In this document: positions 54,501 to 64,000 of the stretch, piece after piece
Layout: each line of letters begins with the position of its first letter
How positions within the stretch are numbered: the first letter of the stretch is position 1
Source of the DNA: Marsupella aquatica
Lineage: Eukaryota > Plantae > Marchantiophyta
Direction: 5' to 3'
DNA length: 64,000 bases
NCBI GenBank assembly: GCA_973895155.1
Contig: OZ316891.1
Coordinates: 31,317,112 to 31,381,111, forward strand
The notes under the pieces: model-generated
The model's input: the letters and a program-made list of their open reading frames with translations, nothing else
Database searches by the model: none
Told to the model about the DNA's origin: nothing
Translations under genes and position numbers: made by a program

Positions 54501-56150
54501 CACTGGGACGAAAGTGAACTTGTCGATATTCATTCCCTCCTTTTCCATTTGGCGAAAGAGTTCCAATGCCTTTCTAAATTCCTTTCGTTTAACACACCTT
54601 GAAATTCTGGAATTCCAGGAAAAGAAGTTGGACTGCACAGCGCCTGGCGCCATTGCAGCCAATTCTGTTTCCACCCATGGAGGTTTGAACGTGCCATTGA
54701 GCCAGAGTGCGTCCCGTGTCTTCTTGTGTTTGAAGTCTGGATACCTTGCATTAACCTACGACCAGAAATCCAAATGTAGCTGATCACCCCTGTACTGAAC
54801 AGGTCATCACCAATGCACTTAGTTTGTGTATGAGCAAATATTTTCCACCACAATCATTTTTTTCCCCTTTCTTGCAAAAGTAATTAAGAAGTATACCTTC
54901 TCCAGTCTATAATCCCACCACTGTGAAGGATCTGCAAAAAATTCCCGCCAGAGTTTCTCGACGCTCCATTTCTGGCCTGAATGCAACAAACCCCGGAATT
55001 TCAAAATTCATACGCGTAAAGAAAACATCCAATGTGGGAAGGTGCACAGGTTAGGAATAGGAATTCTGGTATCCAATTTTGGCTTCTATTTGTAGTCTTG
55101 GGTTTTCTGGTTTCCACTTTTGCGATAACGGTTAAATTGCGGGATATCAGAAACCCGATGCGGGAGGGCGCAAAACTTCGGAGCCAATTTTCAGCCCTTA
55201 CTTTTCTCCATTTCTATACGTCTTGGATTTCCCTAGTTTCAGTTTTCAGATTGACTTAATAATTGAGACGTGATTTCCAACCCATGTGGGCGCTGTCAGT
55301 CTCAACCAAAGTTACTTCCATAATGGGTCATTCCCGAAAGATGGGGAAGCTTTCGATCCACTTTAAAAGTCTCTATTCAATCAGTTCCAAACCCTAAACC
55401 CTGAACCCTGAACCCTGAACCCCGAAGCTCTCCATAAACCCAGGTTGACACAAGGATTCAAACAGAGTCTCAAGAGTTGCTGGCTCTGAAACACCAGACC
55501 TGATGGAGCTCGCGGAAATTCTCCTTCTCTAGAGGTGAGGGCGCTGTAGTGGCACCACCCACCAGACCCTGCAACACCCAGTTAACATTTGAGAGCAACT
55601 CTACTGACTTGAATAAAGATTCGCCAAACCAGAAGTAAAACTTTCCAAGAGACTTCCGGTAGCAATTGATGGCAATTTCCCCGAAAAAAATTCTCGCATT
55701 GCATTCAATTACTCAGGATAGGAATTCATAGATGGTATTACCTACAATTCGAAAAAATGAGTACCATCTTGGGATTTAGAAAAAAGTGGTCAACTCAATT
55801 GCATTTCAATCATCACAGTGTTAAAAGGATGGTTCTCCACTAAGGATTGCTTTCTTGCGCGTCATTCGCAGGGAACTCAGTGCTGCTCACACGAAATTCT
55901 GCCAAATTAAATTACCCTGGAAGAACCATGAACATTGTAATTATCGAATACAAGCAAGAACCGGGAGCCAAAGCTTCCCATCCGTCACCTGAATGCAAAT
56001 CCCCGGCATACGAGACTAAAGGGCGAAGGGTTTGTAAAGTCTAGAAAATCGTAAGAGAAAAGAATGGATTCCTTAGGACTAACCGAAGAACGGCCGTAAC
56101 AGCCGTGTTGATGCAGTGGACTTCATGTGCTCTACTCCTCGCATTGCCAT
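51576..56150 (-). CDS. PLS-class PPR protein with E1-E2-DYW deaminase and N-terminal OSB-type PDF motif (exons 56150-56084, 55568-55500, 54976-54897, 54755-51576; 1131 aa)
   Basis: 7 P-L-S triplets + P2-L2-S2; PG box KQPGRTWIEV, HSEKLA, CGDCH, CSCGDYW; upstream exons splice GT-AG in phase; exons 1-2 less certain than exons 3-4. Confidence 0.93.
55389..55422. repeat. Telo-box-like repeats (AAACCCT/GAACCCT) in an intron of the DYW gene
   Basis: AAACCCTAAACCCTGAACCCTGAACCCTGAACCC. Confidence 0.7.
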
Positions 56151-56764
56151 GCTTCAATCGTCAATCCGCTGGATCTTCCTCACTGGAGCAGAGTAGAGCA
56201 TACAAAGTGGGTGCCGTGGCATTCGAACGAGCTCAGACGGTGCTCCGTTAGAGAAAAAAAAACAAGTTCGAGCTGGTCCGCTGTCAGTGTGATCCAGGAT
56301 TTATTCACGTACGATGGCTTTTCACGAAGCAATGGACACAAATTTTCTAGCAGGTCTGACATTAACTGCAGTTACCGAATTTCAGATCGACGGTCAAATA
56401 TTCCCCCAGCAGAGTCAGCCCACGACCCCCACCGCCGATCTCAACCGCGGTTACCGACCGGCGGAGGATAAGCCGAGTTGCGAGGACACATGGGGAACGA
56501 GTCCGTGAAGACGAGAACAGAACAGAACAGGACAGAACAGAACAGAGCGACAGGAGTGAAGAAGAGCTCGCTCGAGAGCTCTGAGAAATTGATGCAATGC
56601 TCGGTCCCTCGAGGCCGATTTCGACCAGTCGAAAGCAGGAGATAGAGCGCAACATCGAGAGGATTGCAATGGACCAATTTTGGCTTGTCGAAATTTAGGC
56701 GACGGGTTTTGTTGGACGAATTTCTACCCGCCTCCACACGAGGAGAGGGAGGGAGCAGGCGAGG

Positions 56765-59700
56765 ATGGGAGTCGGATCGGGAGAGTCGTCCTCGGGGTCG
56801 AGCTTGAGTGATGGAGTGGCGGGATGGCTTCCGACATTGGCCGTGGCTGGCGCAGCATTTGCAGCTGGAATTTTGGTCGCGCAGTTGCCCTTGCGTACTT
56901 CTGTTTCGAGGGCGCGGAGGAGTGCGGTGGGAATCATCCCGGCGCGGTACAAGAGTTCCAGATTCGAAGGCAAGCCGCTGGCTTTGATTCTTGGCAAGCC
57001 TATGATTCAGGTGAGTTAAAACCCTGCTAGTCCAATATCCGTTCCCGACCAATGCAGAGGTTGGACGTTCTCAGTTGGAAGGGCGAGAGAAATTGTTTTC
57101 TGTGGAGGGGCATAACAGAAATTTGACATCGGTCGGTTCACAGAAATCTTGGTAATTTTTTGAGAATCCCTGAACCCTAAACTTCCACTATAAGTTGGTT
57201 CGTCAATGTTTGGACCTATGCCGCTCTCTGAAAAGCGTTTTGCTACGTGACAGTCACTTTGAGGTCATTTTGGTGTGGTGCTATATTAAGTAAAGCTCTT
57301 ACAGCAAAATTTGCCATGGCAGTGAACTCAAAAATAGAATGAAAGCAACTCGAGCTGTGCTGCTGTCTGAACACCGTTCTGCCCCTCTCTATTTGTTTTG
57401 AGGGTATTTTGGTGTGTTGTTCCTTTCAACTCTCCAGTCGGAGAACATAAATACAGTACAATACAGCCACAAGTGCTCACACGACTTCTACCAGCGTCAT
57501 TAATATTGACGCCATAATGCATTGCAGAGAACATGGGAGCAAGTGAAATTGGCATCTGCGTTGGATGATGTGGGTGAGTATCTGTCAATTTGTACACTCC
57601 TTTGCTGAGAAGAGTGCCGTAGGTCGATCACACATTCTTAAGCGATTCAAAATTGCGATCTTGCAGGGAAGCAGCCCCGTCTTTCGTTTTTATCGTTGTT
57701 GCTTGGCGTGCTGGTTAAACCTTTTGCCTCCAACTAGAATTCCACTGCCATTGTCGACGGTTTTCAGGCTCGCACAATTTGATTGGGTCAGCCTTTTTCA
57801 AATTGGAAGTCCTGTAGTCTGATGTTGATGGTCAGCTTCATTTTCAGGCTGCGTGTTCAGTACTCAGCGAAGGGCCAAGTATGAGAACTCATACGCTCTA
57901 ATCGAATATTTGGTGTGCAATGTCAGTCGTGGCTACAGATGACAATAGGATTGCCGACTGCTGCAAGAGTTTTGGAGCACAAGTTGTTATGACATCTGAA
58001 ACTTGTTCCAACGGTGAGCTCTGCTGCACTTATCTCACTCTTCCATCCGCTGCCGATTTGAGCCCCTCTTGACGCTGTCGAACCGTCCGAATGTAGCATC
58101 AGCAGCCATGTCGCATGTAAACGTGTTTGTAGCGTGGATTTTGAGTCTCCAACTTGTTTTTGAATCTGAACCGCACAAAATGAATATTTGTCAAGGTCTT
58201 GAATACCAATCACAGCTCCAAGCCTTCTGTGCAAAGTGCCTCCAAAACGTTCTTGAATGTCAACATGAACAAGTTTATGGGCATGATATCTTGGGATCTG
58301 GGACCAGCTTTTGATCATAGTTTTTGAATCATGATGTTCTTCCCGTTATACAGACCAGTCTATGCATTGCCGACGTGCTTCTGTTTATGACTAATCTAGT
58401 GAGTTAAAGAATAGCTACTGAGCTGCTCAATGCCCGGACAGGAACTGAACGCTGTGAAGAGGCTCTGAGATTACTGAAGAAGAAGTACGACATTGTCGTG
58501 AACATACAAGGGGATGAGCCCCTGATTGATCCGGAGATAATCAATGGTGTTGTCCAAGCTTTGAGGGTAACTTACCAACGTTTTCTCGCTTCTTCATCTG
58601 TTTTGGTGACCACCAAGGATTAACGTTCAGATTCCATTGAATGACTAGGCAATTTAGTGGATTTTCTCATGTGAAGCAGCATCTCATGCTGGTGGTGGGT
58701 CAAAAGTTCTACAATATTGGTAGAAGGAATCTTCTCGTGGAAAAACCGTGCTGTGATTTTTGTAGAGTCTACATAGGTGTGTGGTTTCCTGTTCAAGCCC
58801 ATGAGTTCACTCGTTGGAATCTATTGGCTGGATTTATACAACCCATTTCGATGTAATATTTGATTGCAGAACTCTCCTGATGCCAAGTTCAGCACAGCCG
58901 TGACAGATCTGAGTCCTGAGGATGCCCATGATCCAAACCGTGTGAAGTGTGTTGTAGACCAAAAGGGCTATGCCATTTACTTTTCTAGGGGCATGATTCC
59001 CTACAACAAGTAAGATCGGCGTCTCTACAAGCAATGTGCAGATTCTTGATTTGCTTTGATCCATGCAAATATATGATTGTGCGGGGACATGTATCAAGGT
59101 TAGATAATTATATGTGGTATATGACATCGGCAGTTCTGTTGCATGTTTGGAAATCTGGACATCAGTCTTGCACTGATCAGCTAGGGTTCATATTTGTAGA
59201 CGGACTCAAACCCGTGGAGTTAACTTTATTCGTCTCGACCATCAACTGTTCAGCGTTACGTCTAATCCCCGGTTGTTGCAAGTCATCTAGGTTACCGTTT
59301 TATCGGAACGGTTTAGTAACTTGCAAACTGTAGGGAATTCTACATTCAGCGAATATTTTGGTAGCTGTTGTAGAGTTGATACTGACATCGGAAGGGTGAA
59401 CCTATTTCTGGGATGGTTTCAATGGTAATGCAGGAAAGCGATCGCTAGTCCTGATTTCCCATACTTTCTGCACCTTGGCATTCAGGTGACTATGTCTTAC
59501 TACCGGGCTGAATTTTTTAACGAAAAGTATTTTAATAAAGGGTGTAAAGGAAGCAAATTTGCTTCTGTTAATTTAAATAGGTCTTTGTGGAATTGTAAGT
59601 TGATGCGAGGGGCTACGTTTCGGTGTACATGCTCTCCCTCTTGTTTCGCATATCAATCAGTTCTGTATCAACCCTATCGTGGATCCAGTGCATCATGGTT

Positions 59701-60342
59701 AGATACAAGTTCATAGTGCAATTCATGATGGGTCACGGTTCTGTAATCAGTACTTCCTCTTTGAACGACTTGTTATTTGTTTTTCCTAGGGGACAACAAT
59801 TGAAAAGAAAACTGATAAAAGTCATGACTGATAATTGCCAGGAAAGACCAATTTCAGTTTACTTGCACTTCTATAAATGTGTCGTTTTTGGACTGCAGTG
59901 CTATGATGCGCAGTTTTTGTCTGCGTACCCAAAGATGGCACCGACTCCCCTCCAGTTGGAAGAAGATCTTGAGCAATTGAAAGTTCTTGAGAACGGCCAC
60001 AAAATGAAGGTGAGCCAGACGTTACTTATACGTTTTAGTGATTTTTAAATCAAACAAGCAGTCTACAAGACACCCTTTTAATCTTGTTGCCTTATGCTGC
60101 CCTAAACACAAGTGTCATGTTTGGGAGAAACCGCGCGTGGAATATAGTGAAGTCATATAGCTGGTCGTAGTTAAAGTTCCTACCGTAGTTGAAACAAACA
60201 AGAGCTCTCCGTTTTTCTTTTCGTGCTACTAACTATCTCCTGGCTGCAGATCATTAAAGTGGACCATACAGCACACGGAGTTGATGTTCCTAGTGACATC
60301 CAAAAAATTGAGAGTTTGATGCGGGCAGAGCACTTAGCTTAG
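56765..60342 (+). CDS. KDSB: CMP-Kdo synthetase / 3-deoxy-manno-octulosonate cytidylyltransferase (8 exons: 56765-57010, 57528-57573, 57927-58013, 58442-58566, 58870-59009, 59434-59485, 59899-60009, 60250-60342)
   Basis: [92 protein letters not shown]; hydrophobic N-terminal anchor as in plant KdsB. Confidence 0.96.
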
Positions 60343-62843
60343 CACCTCCAAGCTTTGTAAGGGCTTTGTTTGTTCTAGAGCTGTTGTCTCTTAGGTGAAG
60401 TGGACATTTCACGACACAGCATGTCCAACAGGACACATTCTTTTCAATTCTTTTAGCTCTCCTTCATTTCTAGGCGATTGACATAATAGCACCACAGATC
60501 ACAAATACACGCGATATGGTGTTAGCAACTGCATTCATTTCCTTGTCGGAGCCTATTATCAAGTGGCAAATGCATCAATGAGGATTTTAGCACACAGACG
60601 GAGGGCCTGCATTGGTACTTTTTGGGACATGTACCATTGTCCCTAGAATTTTGATCGGGGTCTTGCTCCTCATACTGACGAGGGTACAGACACTTCAGAT
60701 TAGAGTACAACGGCTGACAATTGGATCTAGAAGCTCATGTAAACTTGTTTAATCATGATTTGAGTAATCGATTAGTGCGTGGGGTGCAGTCTAAAGTCTA
60801 CGCAGCAGTCTAGACTGATGGACCTCGAACCATGATTTAATCACTCAGGTGACTTACTGTAAATTGATGCAGAAAGACAGACCCTAACGTGCAACTGCAG
60901 TTGTAAGGGAGCAGGTCGCTTTGAACTGATCATCAGTCCCAGTCAGTACCAAACGCTATAGCAAACGACTTGAAAACTATATTCGAACCTGATTGTGTGC
61001 ATCCTTTTGCTTATTACATCCTTGTCCAAGAAGCTGGTGGCAAGATTTTTTGTTGTGCTTCTACATGTGCTTGTCCGTAATGGGACGGAATTCATACAGG
61101 TAATGCATGGCTGTCTTCAGGCGTTCCATTGCTGTCTTCAGCTCGAGTCTTGAGACATTGGGTTAAGTTTGCGAGCGCAACCCTTTAGCTCGTGTCTAGA
61201 GACATTTCCGCGAGCAAAACCCAAATGTCAAAAAGTTCATCACTCTCCAAGGATTCATTGTAAAGGCTCTCTATGAAGCATACCCGCAAGAATGTTTTAT
61301 CTTGGTGTGGGTTTGGCGGCGTTTTGGAGCTGTCATCTTTGCCCAATCTTTTCATCTTTGCAACTGCAGTGAAACTTGGCGTTCGACCCCTTTGAAGCAC
61401 TGTTGTTCGACTTTCTTGTGCCGTTCTAAGATCCTCCTGATTTGTATCACTCGTCCTCTCCAATTCTTGCTCAAAACGTTTAATGACTTTGACCTTCATA
61501 ACAGAAGATTTTAAATATGGGGAAACCTCAACCAGTTTCTTGACTTTTGTTGCATATTGCCCATGTTTTCTTTGGTGGTTACAAATTTGAGTTCATCCCC
61601 TCAACCATTATTGGCTTCTTGTTGAGTCTCCATTGAGCAGGCAAATCTTTGATCATTCTCAAGCCTTGACTTTTCTTTTGCGGGGGCACAAAGGCGAAAA
61701 GACTAAAAGGAGGGACAACCCTCGGAGCACAAAATCTGTCAGGAGAAGGGATGGCAGAGAGGGAGTCTGCAAAAGAATGGAGGTGGGAAGATGCAAAAGA
61801 ACACTAGTTCAAAAGAGAAACAAGCCCTTTGTGAGGAAAGGAGTTGTGAAAAAGCCACCTGATTAAGGGGGACTTTACAAGAACAAGAGGACAAAAAACT
61901 GACTGGCCACTTTCAGCATTGTGCTTCTCAATTTCATCACAACAATTCATATCAAGTCACCCATCCACTCTTGCTTTACATGACATTTAGAGGTTGCTTG
62001 TACAAGAGAGTTCTTGTCATACACAAACCTCTCCAAATCCTACATAGGCTTGAATGGGTACCCCAATATGCTTAATATGGGGACAGTGTAATTTTGGCCA
62101 AAGTTTAGACCGCCACCTCTTGAGGTGGGATTTTGAAAGCACCTTCCATCTCTTCTGTCAGTAGAGTATTAAATGCATTACATGACCACCTATTTTGGTC
62201 AGGAGATAGTCTAAATGGACCTGTGGATCAGGTATGGTAAAAGACACATGCCCTCTCAATTTTTGTCCTCTCATTCTTGTAAACCCCCAACAAAGAGAGG
62301 AGCGAGGAGCTAGCACAAGATGAGACACAAGTGGTCACCCTAGCCAGCAATAGAGAAACAAAGATTGAAACAAAGGAAGACAAACTAAGATTATGTGGAA
62401 GTTTTCAGATGATTATGAAACTTGATTAACGTAAGGCACAATAGTGTGTTTAAATACATGAATGGAGTGGGGTCCAAGTGCGTGAGCAAAGGAAAATGAC
62501 AAGTAAACTCTGACCGGGAATATAAGTAGTTGAGTCAGTCTAAGTGGACGCAGCCAGATAGGACAGAAAGAGGATCAGAGTCAAACGGGATCAACCAGAC
62601 AACCTACCGACCGGCAGCAAGCTCAAGGTAGTCAGTAAGATCCGATGCAGCCAGAGTGTACAGTAACCACATCTGACAGCGAGGCATGGGAGCAGGCAAG
62701 AGACAAGACCGCGTGAGTTTCAACACCTCCCCTCAACCATGGCTCGCAAAGATTCAGGAGGAGAGTATGCTGTGATATATGGAACGTTGGTATGGTAACT
62801 GAATTTATCCAAATCAAGTTTTGTACATTGGATAGAGACCACC

Positions 62844-63326
62844 ATGGCGCAGGAGGAGATGACATTAAGGGAATCGGCGATGGCACTCGTTCTTTCCTTG
62901 TTGGGATTTATCTCAGTATTGTCGCGGAGTGTTTATGATTACCTAGTGTGTAATCATAGTGATTCATTAGGACCGGAGGAGAGACCCCTTGGTGGGCAAT
63001 CAGAAGAAACACCTATTGAGCCGCAGGCAGGTGCATCAACGGAGACTGATCGAGCTAGGGAGCTAATAGTCCCTGTAGAGCCAAGTGCTCCAATGTATAA
63101 AGAGGAGTCCCGTCACCCGTTGTCAGGAGAAATAGTGAGAGATTTCTCAGAAGAGCTGCCAAGGCGATACTATTCAGTAGCTCGAGGCCGACGTCCAGGG
63201 ATCTATACGACTTGGGAGGAGGTAGAACCCTTAGTAAGTGGCTTCCGAGGCAATAAGTACAAGTCTTTCAAGACTCGGATAGAGGCCGAGTTGTACTTAA
63301 AGAAAGAGCAGGCTAGAGCTCTCTAG
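62844..63326 (+). CDS. 160-aa antisense ORF: hydrophobic N-terminal helix plus RNase H1 N-terminal / caulimovirus viroplasmin hybrid-binding domain
   Basis: ATG to TAG intact; YYSVARGRRPGIYTTWEEVEPLVSGFRGNKYKSFKTRIEAELYL matches the FYAV.KGR..GIY.TW.EC...V.G.....YK.F....EA..FL pattern. Confidence 0.85.
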   Translation: MAQEEMTLRESAMALVLSLLGFISVLSRSVYDYLVCNHSDSLGPEERPLGGQSEETPIEPQAGASTETDRARELIVPVEPSAPMYKEESRHPLSGEIVRDFSEELPRRYYSVARGRRPGIYTTWEEVEPLVSGFRGNKYKSFKTRIEAELYLKKEQARAL

Positions 63327-63455
63327 ATGGAGAAACTGACTATTGACACCAGTTAATCGTGGGATGCTGTAAGACAATCTCAGAGCGATGGAGATGTATC
63401 AAAGATGTGTTATCGTAGTGGTAGCAACTTTGCCGACCTCATTCCTAATATATCT

Positions 63456-64000
63456 CTATTTAGTGGATAATGATTTAGTCAGAATGTCGGCTACCTGGTC
63501 TTCTGTTTTCACATGATGCACTGAAAGTTCTCCCTCCAAAACTCTTTCACGTACAAAGTGATGGTGAATTTCTAAGTGCTTTGTCCTCGCGTGGAAGACT
63601 GGGTTTTTGGCGAGCTTAACAGCGCTCATGTTATCGCAAGGTCTCAAATGTAAGTCCTGAAGGGATGGCACTGCAGCTTGCTCAAGATCAGTTGCTATTC
63701 CAGTGTTTTTACATTTGACCTTGGTAGGCAAGGATGAGTTGCCAACCAGTTCTTCGAGTAATCGCTTTAGGTACACACCTTCTTGGGCGCCATCTGAAAG
63801 TGCCTTATATTTTGCCTCCGTAGTCGATCGAGACACTGTTGGATGTCTTTTGCTGCTCCATGTGATAGGACCTTCAGACAGCTTGAAGATGTATTCGCCG
63901 GTGGATCTTCGAGTATCAGGGCATGAATTTCCCCAATCAGAATCTGTGAAGCCTTCGAGATTAAGTTGACTGTCTCTGCTGTAGAACACTTGTCGTATAG
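63456..64000 (-). pseudogene. copia RNase H domain (end of pol)
   Basis: LEGFTDSDWG, RRSTG, ITWSSKR, STTEAKY, CDNMSA, NPVFHARTKHLEIHHHFVRE, DQVADILTK. Confidence 0.93.

Larger units (their letters stand above)
62278..64000 (-). mobile_element. 3' part of a second Ty1/copia element (RNase H, antisense ORF, PPT, probable 3' LTR ~62278-62725)
   Basis: RNase H motifs; PPT TTGAGGGGAGG directly followed by TGTTG on minus (62736-62721); outer LTR end at 62278 is inferred, partner LTR lies outside the window. Confidence 0.8.

Noticed and set aside
55389-55422. Interstitial telomere or chromosome fusion scar
   Set aside because: Only ~5 degenerate units; telo-boxes are common near plant 5' regions
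56765-60342. KdsB as a recent bacterial horizontal transfer
   Set aside because: KdsB is a standard land-plant gene (Kdo for rhamnogalacturonan-II); it has 7 spliceosomal introns and a plant-type N-terminus

Overview
Eukaryotic land-plant nuclear DNA, probably a non-seed plant such as a bryophyte with C-to-U organellar editing (inferred from gene style, not proven). Five intron-containing host genes can be modelled by hand: TFIIE-beta (+, 10684-12095), MOB1 (-, 29450-33683), the chloroplast PPR protein MRL1 (+, 41660-49218), a PLS-DYW RNA-editing PPR protein (-, 51576-56150) and CMP-Kdo synthetase KdsB (+, 56765-60342). Between them lie a full-length but decayed Tnt1/Tork-like Ty1/copia element (15327-26619, 344-bp LTRs, TSD AATAT) with two nested insertions, three solo LTRs, several tandem arrays, and the 3' end of a second copia element at the right edge. 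Three observations stand out. (1) The DYW editing factor has a spliced N-terminal PDF motif of the OSB organellar ssDNA-binding family, missed by the ORF track. (2) The second copia element has an intact antisense ORF between pol and the PPT encoding a hydrophobic helix plus an RNase H1/caulimovirus-P6 hybrid-binding domain. (3) A 4474-bp TG...CA insertion with a 5-bp TSD looks like a giant solo LTR containing a ~600-aa ORF. All protein family calls are from motif recognition by eye; no searches were run.
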